From assembly GCA_024704765.1 (NCBI GenBank), contig JAKMXF010000311.1:248001-312000 (forward strand): a stretch of 64,000 nucleotides of DNA, given 5' to 3'. This document shows, in pieces, positions 38,301 to 50,005 of this stretch; the first letter of the stretch is position 1, and every line of letters begins with the position of its first letter. The stretch is from Oopsacas minuta (Eukaryota > Animalia > Porifera). The notes beneath the pieces were generated by a model. The model was not told the origin of the DNA and did not search any database. It was given only the letters and a program-made list of their open reading frames with translations. Both the position numbers and the translations under genes were made by a program.

Positions 38301-41300
38301 ATCAGAATGACAAGATGACTCAAGTCATAGAGTTCGTGATTTATGAATAGCTCTGGTAAAATGTATTATCCCAATTTAGAGTGTGAATTTATTCGAATTT
38401 CGCGAACAAACCTAACATGCTCCATTTCATGAGGACATCTCTAGCCATTACAATTCTCATATCACCATACATTTTGAGGAATTTCAAACGCTTAATTTCT
38501 CCATAGTTTTCTAACTGTAGTGAGCGATGTGTGATGAATCTTGTTGCAAGGTCAAAGTAATCTTTCCATAGCTAAATAGATAAAAATTGAATTATTAATT
38601 ACAGTCAAGGACGGCGATAAATACTGCGATACAAGCGGAATTCGATATGACAAATATATGTTACTTTACGGTTTGGGATTGTATTTGTAGAATTTCAGAC
38701 TGAGAGTTGACTGTAACATAAATTCAATCGCTTATATTGAATTATCGCGGGCCTTTGATATAACGGGAGTAGACTATATATCACTGGGCAACATCAAATT
38801 TATTCCTCGAATGAAAATATATTACCTAGACTAACTTTGGGATGCTGATTCCAAATCTGAAATCAGAATTGGTCTATCACGTCAGGATTTCAAAATCCGA
38901 ATTTCGTGAATTTTCATATCTTGAAATCCTGACGTGATAGACCAATTCTGATTTCAGATTTGGAATCAGCATCCCAAAGTTAGTCTAGGTAATATATTTT
39001 CATTCGAGGAATAAATTTGATGTTGCCCAGTGTAATCATCGAATAATATTATCCATACAGATACAGTATAAGAGACAAAATTTTGGTGAGGCATACGTAT
39101 ATGTATTTCTACGTATAAGGCACCTGTATAGAGCTGCAAATAAATACAGTCCTGCTATATACAATTGGGAGATATCGAATCATTTTTTACAAAGACCATG
39201 GATAATATTATGCCATTTCAAAGAAAACAGTCAAACGACAAAGTCTCTCGGAGTAATTAGGTGTAAACATTTGACGTCTTATCCAGAAATTCGTATTAAA
39301 AGTGCTCGTATGAACGAAGTTCCACTGAACTGTAGTGGACTTTATTATTAATAGAATACTCAGTCATAAATCACAATAAAAGTTTGCGAATGCTTTTTAA
39401 CAAATATTCAAAACATTGATTTGTCATATAGCCCAAAATTTATGTGATTTCTAGTTAGATCCAAGAAGATAAACAACATAATTAACTCTGATTTACATCT
39501 AATTAACCTTGTGTATGTATGTACAGGTCTAAAGCACAACATATATTAAATATTTTCAAAGAGCTCTCGTAATTGTTTACTAATCAATGTGCATGAGTAA
39601 TCGCATAAATAAATAAAGAGATGATCTATAGAAACACAATAATGGTCGTTAATACTTTGTTTGGAGATAAGAAAGTTTAACAGAAACCATTGAATTAAGT
39701 ATATTTCAATGCAAGGTTGGGGATATTTCATATGGAATTTGGCTCTTTGTGCATGGACAATGGGACATAGTTTTATTGTCCCATGGGGCAAAATTCATGT
39801 TCATATATAGGAACCCTAGCTCTATAAGGCGTGAAACCACCGGGGGCTCCGATAGGCACATCAATTGAGACCGTATATGGCAAAGAATACTCCATAGTTA
39901 CTTCGAGGGGCTAATCGCATTTATCACTACACTATACTATAGTCTGCAGAGTAAAAACTGTTTCGAAAACTCGATTTCCATAGTATTAAACATCACAATA
40001 GAAAATTTATCTAAATACGGATATTTAAATACGATCAACTTCTATTATATGAACTTATATCAAAGCTCAGAGGATCGCGAGCTTATATCGATTTGGGACA
40101 ATATTTATACAATTTCACACTTCGATATATGCGGGTTTTCCATATATCCGTGTTTGATATAACCGGAGTTGACTGTAATATGGAGATATATAAAAACTCA
40201 CCAATTCATCGAAATATCGTGTGTTAGTTGTTAACTGCATTGACATATACATAATAGCTTTGAGTATAACTCGGTTTTGAGTGAGGTACATGAATGTCCA
40301 GTCTCTGGGATATATTTCATTTTTAACTAGCATTAAGAATAGTTTGAAGCAGGACGATAGCTTGTTCTAGAAATAGGAATAGCTCATAAATATGTGGTTG
40401 AAGTTTGTACATAAATTGAAGTTATAAATGTATAAGTTACAGTGTAATCTCCACAAACGGGCCCCTGTGGAAATGGGGAACTTCTGGAATACGGAGTGAA
40501 AATAAATAGAGCCAATTCTTATCCCCATATGAACCGCCATAAACGGGAGAACGGGGTAGCATTTTCGGCGTCCCTGCTATTTGTGGAGGTTATCCGTATT
40601 AAATAAACTAACCACAAACTGTTTAAGCCATTCTTCATAATGCTGAGCTTGCATAATATCAAGTAAACCAAGCAGGTTTGAGAGATTGGTGCCCTATAGT
40701 AAGATAAGAATTCATTGTATATAGAAATACGTATTTACCAACTGCTGTTAAAAAATTTCAAGCTTTTCATTACTAATCCCTAGATTGGCAATTTTAATAT
40801 AGACAATAAGTCCAGAAATATAGCAAAAAATAGCAAAATCTCGGGGATTATCATAATTTTCGCCTGGATATGAAAATAATGAAATCAAACTCACAGCTGT
40901 TTCTAAATTAGCAGCTACTGCATGATGATCCACTGTATTACAGAACTCCATTGTAGGAGCTAGCAGCTCTAAAACTGTCTGTGATATATCTCTATCATTC
41001 AACGGCTAGAATAGTACGTAGTTAATATATAGATTTGTGATAAAGAAGCATGGATTAGCTTACAAAAGTTCGACTCTGTAGACAATGCACTAAAGATGCA
41101 ATAACATCAATTGTCTTCTTGATACAGAGTTGGTTCATTAGGTGAAGTGACAGTATGCGTGTTATAACAGGAAGTAAGATATTACGGGCATCTAATGGAG
41201 AAAACAATAATAATATTCCCCATGACCCCTAGGATTCAACTCCCGTTATATCTAAGCCCAAGGGACCACGATAATTACTTGATATAACCAATTAAAGATA

Positions 41301-44300
41301 TGTGAATTTGACTGTTTGAGACTATATTTATACAAGTTTAGATTTCCCATATAAGCGGGCATTTCGTTATATCCGTTGTCGTATTCGACATAACGGGAGT
41401 TGAATGTACGTAAGTATTAATGTTACCTGAATCAACCATTATTTGTATAGAAGATGTGAGTATATTCTCAATGAAAATAAGCCTAGCTTCATAGATTATA
41501 TTTTGACTAATATTTGTGCTTCTGTCCACATAGCTATCTACGAAATTAGCAGCCCATTCTCTACAAAAATGGTAGTTAAAAGAATGTGAAAATCATGATC
41601 GACTTACAGTGAAATTCGCCTAACTAGCAAGTTCCCGTATTAGTAAGGAAATTCGTGCAAATACGACTTGCAAATATGTGAACTCCACTGTAGCCCTTTA
41701 AGTACATACGCAATATCTCGTTTTGTTGCATCTTTAACATCGAGTAGAACAGGAAATACTGAACAAAAGTTCTTCAGAGCCTCTGACTATAAATTATATA
41801 ATTAACCAAAATTTCACTTTGTACAAATTAATACCAGATTCGGACTGCTATATTAGGCACGGCCCCGCGTACATAAGGACGGACGCACGGGCGTAGCACA
41901 TCTTCCATACCATTAGGGCATCTCCCTAGTCCCTATAGATTAGCGGTTCCTAACCGACCACAGGTTAGGAACAGCTGCTATAGGTGCTGCACGAAAATCG
42001 CTATAATATACCTGTCCTTTTATAATCCCAGGTCTCTCAGGTGTCTCAGCTAAACTCATCATAAGATGAAGTGAATTCAACGATTTTTCAATGTACAATT
42101 TATGTCCATACTGCTTCTTAGGTGCAATTCTATATAGAAAATTAAAGGTAAAGAACATTTAAGCGTATAAGAATATACGAATTTTACCTGATTTGCAATT
42201 TCTGAGACTGTACGATGAACTTAAATAGATATTCTAAGGCCTAAGAGTATTAATGTGTCAAAAACAATGTATAATAATTACGTAACATTTGACCCTTACA
42301 GACATGGTGTGCCAAATAGTTTCTATAGCAGTATACTCTTGTCCTTCAATAACATTCTGAAATGAAGACTTTTTAGATAAATCCTCTAAAAGTATCCTAA
42401 TTTGGAAAATAAAGTAATTGAGTAGGTTGGCAGTAGTATTAATGGCAAACTCCCAAAGTAATCAGTGCATATTTTAAGCACCCATATTAGTTAAAATCAT
42501 TAGAAAATGCAGTATAAATGTTGCTGAGAAAGTAAGGATAATTAGGCTGGGTAGGAAGCTTGCTTTTAGGGGTTCACCAATGCCATATATGGCATCCTAT
42601 GCCCTTGGGAAGGTCTGAGAGAAAGGCAAACACTCACTAAAAGTGTGCCTCTTTAACGAGAGGGTGGGTAAACAGAAATGGGCCTTGGTTAAGTAGCTAT
42701 AGTGGAAGATGCCACTTCAGGGTGGTTGACACTCATGTTGCTTTTCTTAGGTTGAGACAATGCCCATGGCCAGCTATTGAGTTCGATAAGCAAGGTGCTG
42801 TAGATTTATCTATGGCATAACTCAATTCAGACTACTCTCCTTCCCAGTCTATTTTTTTGTGGAAATTTCAATTTTTTGAGGGATTGGTAAAAATTCGGTA
42901 AAATTTAGTTTTCAAAGAGTAGATAATTACTTGTGAACAGAAGATGCTGAAAAATGACTCTCTATATACTCATCTAATACAGTCTTGAATTGGTCGTACT
43001 TCTTGTCAGTCAAAAGATGCAAGATTTTCACCTAAAAATTGACGAAATATAAGTATAAATCGCAAGAAAATATGAAAAAGTATTAAGAGAACTTACAATT
43101 GCATTGAATACCAATCCTTGGATATTCTCAGTGGTCTCAGGCTCGATTAGAATAATGAATAAGTTGTCGAATATGTCTCGCATAAACTACAGAAAAAATC
43201 ACCTCCATTAAATAACTGTTAATATTAAAAATACTATTTACAAACCTTTATTATTTCCTGGCCACTAACAAGACATAAATTCTTGAGTAATTCAGTCAAA
43301 TCTTTACGTTTCTCACGCCATTTCAAAAATGACATCACACTCACTAGAAATAGATCACAAAATGTACAGATCCAAATTGTTATAGAGGTGGAAATCTACA
43401 GATCACCATAAACCCTTGGGCAAAGTTTCAGCTCTTAATCTTAACGGTGTGGGCTGTAGAGCGAACACGGAAAAACGGGCAACTATACAAGTCGGCACAG
43501 TAGTTAATGTAATTATGTATTAGCAAACCTGTTTGAGTTAGATTTGTAGATACAGTCATAGTTTGCAAAATAAAATTCTCGTTTGGAGATAATTTAGTGT
43601 TGGGTTGATCTTTAGAATAAGGATTAGTTTTATGAGGCTCTCCTCTGTATGATGGTAAATGAAGATAGGCTAGTGCATTGTTCCATTTGTCATCATCAAC
43701 CTATGTTCAAAAAATTAATAGAATACACTCTACAGGGCCCGTCGGAAGTTCATGAAAAGTAGTACAGCCATTATGGAAAGTGTGATGGCTCAGCTGCACT
43801 ATCGCCTATAGAACTCGATTTGTATTAAAGGTGTCCAAGCCTTACTACATGCAGACGTACACCCCTTGCTCTAGGAAAGTAACTACTGATTGAATCATCT
43901 GAATAATAGAGAGGCGAAAATGTATTGTAATGCCTCTAACGGTCTAAACCAAGCGTGTCATAGACTTATAGTATAGTTGAAATCGGGTATGTTTGCCGCG
44001 GAGTTTATATTGTGCATTATGCTGGGCAAGTATAATGTATTCCGACCGTATTGATTAGAAATAAAAGTATTGAAGATTATTAGCAATTAAAGTAGCTCAT
44101 ATTCTTAAAAAATTGTACCACAGAAATATGCTATTAAAATATCACATAATTTTGTATTTGCAATTTTCTCCTCGCAATACGAAGCAATATAATTATATTA
44201 TTCGGATATACCCGGTAGAGAAATATAGTCCACTGGTCATCTTTAATCATGGTATCATCCTGATTTGTCAAGCGGAGAAAACCATAAGCAAATGGCCTAT

Positions 44301-47300
44301 CTAAATCCTTTTTAACGTTCTCTAAGGGAAATTACTATAATAAATACAAGAAATTAATGTAATATAATACTAAAATTTTGAATTCAATTTGTGATTTTTA
44401 TGGTTTTAGCGTTTTTGCTGTCAGATTTTATACTTGAGGGTCAAAAGTTATAAAATTGTGATAACAATTACTCCATAACTCTTGGGGAATAAGTCAACTC
44501 CCGTGATATCGAACATGGATATATTGAAATACCAGCTTATATAGAAGTATAAATTGTACGAATATGGCCCCAAACCGTCAGTAAAATAAATCACATCGGG
44601 TATATCCAAATCCGCTCATATCAAAGTGATTATCGCGGTCCCTTGAGCTTCGATATGACGGGAGTTGACTGTATGAAATTTACAACTTACTTGCTTGCTC
44701 GTACGAACGGACATGTCTGAATACAAACCTCAGATGACTGTGTTTGAATATATTGTTCAGCATTGGTATATTTACCTGTTATATAAACATAGCTAGGAAG
44801 TAGCTTTTGCATACATATTACAACAATTAAGCATTATTGAAGCACGAAAAAGCGTTGTCATATGTTTCCAAAATCGAAGAATAATTAGTAATGAAATTTA
44901 AGGTTAAAATGATAAATACAAGTTACTACCTGCGAAACTTACCCTGAATATTTCATCAAACCTAGGAGTATTAGAGTGATAGTAAATTATAGAAGAGCAC
45001 ACATTAGAAGCATCTTCTCCTTCTCCGTATTGAATAGCATTCTAAATCGATGACATTGAAAACAATAGCGTTTTAGAATAATGTAATTATCATCAGACGC
45101 AAAGAGAACATAAAAATATAAATAATGAATTAGCGAAAGTTAGTAGTTTTGAGCGAATTCCATTAAAATGAATTCCAACACACATAGTGCCTTCAATTAA
45201 TATAGTGCTAGTTTAAACAATTCCATTACTGTGCTAAGTTGTCGACACAGATTGTAATTTTAGATTTTTACTATAAAAGGAATTTCGAAAAGTAAATTAT
45301 TCGAATTTAAAACATACTTCAATGACTGATCCATTCACATCTAGAACTGATACAGATATTTCTACATTACGTGCTGACTTCTTATTTCCTATAGAATTAC
45401 AGAAATAGGTAAAGATAGTTCGTAATAGGAATTTACCTTAATAAATGTAGTGAGTAGTAGTTTACCTTTCTCGAATTCTCCACGTAGCAGAGAAATATAC
45501 ATGTGATTCCTAACAAGTCCTAAATAAATATAGATTAAAGATAAGTAATTTTGATAAAAAAAAAGTATCTAAGAGACAAACCTGGTAAAATTACTTCTGG
45601 AAAACCAAGTTTTGGGACATAAGCTACTTCTTTTGTTAGTAAATGAGGGAAAGTCTCCAATAACTAAATATCAAAATGAGTTTACAAAGCTGGTCATTAC
45701 GGAAGTAAAATAACTTACCTTGGATAAGTCTCCCTCTAGAGATTTGAGACTAATACGAACAGTATGATTAAGTACTCCAGGAACTAAAGAAATAAATAGA
45801 ACAATATATACAGTGTAATCTCAGCAGGCGAGGTGTTAGGGATGCCGAAAATGCTACCCCGTTACCCCGTTTGCAGAGATTCCGTAGTGCAAATAATACA
45901 GAAATTTAGTTATGGTAATTACCTAAGCTAGGTGCATTTAGGTCTTTTTCCTTTTTGAGATGTTTCCTTATCAAATCTTCATGCATCGATGAAAACAACA
46001 ATTCATTGCTATAATACAATCAATAAAAGGTAGTACAATTGGCTATAAATTCAATTTACATACTCTTTAGTTGTTGGTAAGTGTATGACAATCTCATAAG
46101 TCCTCTCTAAATCTTCTAAAAATGATTTTTGTTCGGTTCGTTTGGCTTTTAATATATTATCCAATGGTAGAACTATCAAGAAATATAAATAGTCAAAATG
46201 CGAAGGTATTTTCTAATAAAAATATATGAATTTACCTCCATTGCCAAAAGGTCGTCTGCATGCGAAACTTACATTCGATACTTGTCGGCCAGATTTCTCC
46301 AGCATTCTACCTAGAAAACCCGAATTATTCATAGAATTTCTCGTGCGAATATTTAGTAAGAAACCAGTTTTCACTACAAACCTCTTCTCACTACTCTTAC
46401 AATCAAGTATAAATCTTTCAACAATTCTAAAGGACCTACATCCTAAAAGGAGATTAATGAATAGAATGATTACGTCAGTATATTATGGAATATGAACTTA
46501 CCATGAATAGCATGGGTGCTATTTTAACTGGTATCATGTCTGAACCTTGAAAACCTAGTCCATGTTTACCCATTTCTGAATAGTAATATTCACTGGAAGA
46601 AAAAATTTTAAAGTTATACGTATATGAAAATTTACGTAATTTGGAAAGTATTGCCAGAACATGAACAAAGTAGATTTTGCCCAAGAACTTTGGCCTGGAC
46701 TTTCTACCTTTGGCATCAAATTGGCATGAAGGTAGGCATAAACCTTTGTTAATTTGGGATGATTCATGAACATGGCATGAGTTTTTGGCATGAACTTGTG
46801 TCACATAATCTGTCAAAACAGAAATTGTTTTGTACTTACCTGATGAATTTACATGATTGGTGATTATATAGAGATATCAATATCTCAGAATCTTCCTTCA
46901 CAAAACAACTGTACTGCTTCAATACAACATAAATATGATTTGGAGTCAATACACTACGCACTCTGTTATCACTAGAGCTTATTGTGCCTGTACGTGACTA
47001 GATAGGAAAAGTATAAATAGGAAGGAGAAAAGATTTTTACAAGAAATTGCAAAACTTACACGCAGTCTCTGTGAGACATTATCGTTAATCCGTAAATGCT
47101 ATAAGAGTAGAAGAATGACAGATAAAATTGGTACAAGGAAAAGTTATGATAAACGGAATTTTGTATAGAAACCCCAAATCCACACAATAAATTGAATGAA
47201 ATATATTTGAAAACGACATTTGATAGAAATTTTTAGCAATAATCTTTCAAAGTTGTAAAGTCGAACCCAAGGTCTAGCTCATTAAATTGGAACTTAACCT

Positions 47301-48722
47301 TAAACTTACTGTTTTGAAAAGTTGGTAAGAACTAGCTGTATTGACTTGAATGAAATTTCCTTCCTCAGTTTTAGGCAGTAAATCTAAACCCAATTTCCTA
47401 AATAAAGTTACAACACAGTTATAATCACTATAAGGCCTAACTAGTTTGTGAACTCACCAATTTGTCCAGTCAATCTTCTCTGTCATTTTAAGCTTGAATT
47501 CTTTTAGTTCATCCTGCGAGAAAATAATAGAAATTATAGGGCGTATTCTTTTGAAAATAAACCCCAAATTATACTCCAATTTTCCCTGGATTTTCATCGC
47601 CAAATCGAATCCCAATATTTCCTCAGATTTCGCTTTATCTTCATTCCAGAAATATAGCAAAATAGAAAATAGCGAATTTCCAGGATAATCCAGGGAGCGG
47701 TTAGCAAGTATGCGTAATTTATAAAAAATATTATCATAAATTCTCACTGTAGAATATGCTCCTTGTATAAACTTTCTTCTTTGAGAGAAAAGCTCAAACA
47801 TATTATTTGATATAACTTCTATCAAATCATCTGACTGTAAAATAGAAAATAATTGAAGTTCGTATATTCGCAAAAAAACACAGAAATTACCTGTTTGAAT
47901 CTGTTAGAACCAGAAAATATATGTTTCTACATAATCAAGGAGAATAGATAAAATTCAAAGTTATTAGAACCAAAAATAAAATTACAATATATTCTGTATG
48001 TAGGTGGTCTCTCCATTCAGTTAGAATTCCAATTAACTCCCATGGTAGTTGGTCTCCTTGTGGGATGATGTGTTTAGCCTCCCTAAAGTAACAAAATTTG
48101 AGATCCTGTGGACCCCTACTGTCGTCCGTGAATGGACCCTAGGTTGGAAACCACTGTTATAAATCACTATTAGTAATTTACCCTTGTTGTACTGTAGTGC
48201 TATCTATCACATGAACATATGTAGCAGGAAATATACCCTATGATGAAATATCATTGATAAAAAGTTGCTAGCTGAAAATATTAGATAATTTCACACCTTT
48301 TCATCTGGTTTAGTAGAATCGTAACCTCGAAACCATCCTATAGAGATTGTATAGAAAATATTAACACTTTTGAAGAGAGAAATAAAACGTATTTACTGTA
48401 CCAGAATTCTGCTCGACAATTTCCATCTGTGCTCCTAATATTAAAGATAGTTCGTAGGGAGCACGTGCTGTGAATGGGTAGATAACTATATGAATATATA
48501 AACAGAGAATAATACAGTCAACTCCTGTGATATCGAACACAGATATATCTAATTATCGCGGTCTATTGAGCTTCGACATAACGGAATTTGACTGTAGAAA
48601 CTTTCAAACATTTTCAAACAAAATTTCAAAAGGATATATTGCAAGATTATCACGATAAACTTACCAAGAGCAATTTGTCGCGTGTGATGAGTGAGAGCCC
48701 ATCCTGTTCTGTGTACGGACAT
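25029..48722 (-). CDS. Dedicator of cytokinesis protein, SH3-containing DOCK-A/B type (DOCK1/DOCK180, CED-5, mbc-like) Rac GEF; many exons
   Basis: Start MSVHRTGWALT at 48722. SH3 exons (IYPFTARAPYELSL...GWFRG...GIFPATYV). DHR1 segment (IIYYHSNTPRF near 44960). FMRDIFDNLF/HFSASSVHK segment at 43200-42950. DHR2 ([47 protein letters not shown]). Proline-rich tail ending PVPKRPYFS* at 25029. Confidence 0.93.
26377..26534. mobile_element. Tigger-like MITE (family B)
   Basis: ta|cagtcaacatctggtaactcgaac...gttcgagttacagaatgttaact|a. Confidence 0.7.
28804..28892. mobile_element. Internally deleted family E element (89 bp)
   Basis: catacttgccaaccctcc...ggagttgataagtatg, flanks cggacg/cagacg. Confidence 0.8.
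32009..32127. mobile_element. Family D hAT-like MITE
   Basis: cggcggttcccaacc...aaaaaggttgggaacc. Confidence 0.75.
32631..32798. mobile_element. Family A MITE, full copy
   Basis: ta|cagtcaaaccacgttgtatcgaa...ataacggggagttggctg|ta. Confidence 0.8.
33892..35331 (+). CDS. B3GLCT: Beta-1,3-glucosyltransferase (GT31, Fringe-like, two GT-A lobes); intronless and nested antisense in a DOCK intron
   Basis: 479-aa ORF with an N-terminal hydrophobic segment, VIIHHF...YPLFASG, AVKTY, GHCQK, IIDDDT, ILGERYG, YITGGGG, APDDMWLG and FHQ, all matching B3GLCT motifs. Confidence 0.88.
   Translation: MIFKYLLLFVFYKYSVWAIDDFGFDVLNLRQEIEAVKVEILGTNNASFDVLIIVRSQVGEYHQKRLEQFEGNLRKQIHDEYTLIFAIVCLHEIETVVQGSWTLIPLIQHEFRFVQSAKWVIITEDSTELNLSKLSSFLSTKDPVLPQYFGHCIIDKKPVIIHHFWPYTMDKITLKYPLFASGVIFSQTVVRYLSELDMDDHIPSNIPYTTIDIQHEIAKLISTTQLVNLTCEESFCVEKDRHCMTWVNVQMNKGCENKDYTYEGLSIAVKTYAENYSTRLQLIIKTWLSDTRDITKFFTHSLENTSQFDGEINFIDVGFNNTGGGHCQKMLFIMKYFLQNEKGHWLAIIDDDTFINMERLTRILSCINPESEAIILGERYGFLQIEDGGYPYITGGGGILINRKAIRKFIDEDVYCPVGAPDDMWLGMHSKVHGIIMLDFPNFHQSVESTYHKDYIKSFMPVTYHRIGTVKEYEDTLKG
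35343..35383. repeat. (TTG)n microsatellite, about 13.7 units, 11 nt after the B3GLCT stop
   Basis: Read directly. Confidence 0.95.
38782..39032. mobile_element. 251-bp foldback element: perfect 112-bp inverted arms with a 27-nt spacer and CAC...GTG termini (Chapaev3/CMC-like by recollection)
   Basis: 38782-38893 is the exact reverse complement of 38921-39032. Flanks tat/taa. Confidence 0.9.
40440..40596. mobile_element. Family C MITE
   Basis: ta|cagtgtaatctccacaaacggg...tttgtggaggttatccg|ta. Confidence 0.75.
41941..41977. mobile_element. 37-bp minimal family D (hAT-like) element with an 8-bp TSD
   Basis: ctatagat|tagcggttcctaacc-gaccaca-ggttaggaacagctg|ctataggt. Confidence 0.8.
42545..42850. 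repeat. GC-richer interspersed repeat, possibly SINE- or LINE-tail derived
   Basis: Compositional outlier in a DOCK intron. The minus strand contains cccatttctgtttacccacc...gaggcacac...gtgtttgcc...cccaaggg, reminiscent of L2-type tails. Single copy in this window. Confidence 0.3.
44491..44671. mobile_element. Family A MITE, full copy
   Basis: aagtcaactcccgtgatatcgaac...ttcgatatgacgggagttgactg|ta. Confidence 0.8.
46490..46805. repeat. Family H repeat (catgaac/ggcatg motif array)
   Basis: Reverse complement resembles 4078-4215. Confidence 0.5.
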
Positions 48723-50005
48723 ATATAGGCTAGCATACAGTAAAGAAACAACATACAAATAAGAGAATATCTTTTTGAGGTCATATTTTGCATTTACAGT
48801 AGAATCTACTTATCGAGAAGAGGGACTATTCTAAGAGGGATTCAGATAAATGTTTAGCTACAAACGAGCTAAATAGCAACAAAATATGCAGCCATTTAAG
48901 TCAATACATGGTTCGTTCTCCTTTCATCAAAGAGATACAGTCAAACCAGTTTTTCTTACTATATGCATATTCTTGCTCAGATTGCAAAGAATTTTGGCTT
49001 TAATACATCAGTTTATTCTTACTCGGGTTTTTCTCACTACATTTTCCTGCAAAGAAATAACTTCTAAAAACCGGTTTCGATTGTATTTATACAAACATAA
49101 TACAGATTGTATTGTAGATTAAATCTACAACTCAACATTCTTCCAAAATTCACACTGAAGTCTAAATATCCACAAAATACCGGAAAATATAACCACGCAT
49201 TAATATGTAGGATCAGCAATATAATATCTGTAAAATTACAAACCGCCATCAGAAGTATCTATCTCAACACAGAAAATTATGTTAGATTCCATAAATCTCA
49301 ATAAATACCGCTTCAAAGATTAGAGCCTACCTTAAATTGTTAAAACAGTTTCTTATACAATAATAAAGCCTGAAAGTTATTTGTGATTTTCTATAAACAC
49401 AAAGCAAAATTGTATTTAAGTTTTCCCAATTCGATTGGAACATATTATGAACAAGGGTAGAGCATGTCATTCTCATAAATAGAGGCCACATTTATAGAAT
49501 TAGATATATACATATTGTGTAATGTATTGACATATTTGTAGTCTCATTCAGGTGAAATATGGATACGTCTTTTAGCTTCTTGTAGTTATAAAATGTATGG
49601 AGATTTGGCTATAATATCCTATGTTGAAAGTATAATACGCAGTTCCATAGGCTATGGCAGTTCATTATTCATTCGCTTTGCGGTTGTTCATACAAATACA
49701 GTGGATCCCGGTTATAAGAATATGCCTGGTATAATATTTACAGTGTACTTCCACAAACGGGGTGCCATGGACGCCGAAAAATGCAAATTCCCCGTTCGCT
49801 GTAATACAAGTAATACCACTATTATCTAGAATTTCCAAAATTTTCAGGATTAGATATGTATAACATAATACGGATATGTGTAAACAATAAATGTCTCAGT
49901 AAGCATGTAATTCAAATGACACAAAAGACAAATTAAACTAGATTATTATAAAATACGAACATCTGTGATTTGTATCTCATAAGTGTGATTAGAGAAAGCT
50001 GCTAT

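Noticed and set aside
49600-49700. HSP70-like fragment (RMNNE/TAIAYG...FNIG) on the minus strand
   Set aside because: Needs a frameshift and a deletion, and the match is too short to exclude chance.
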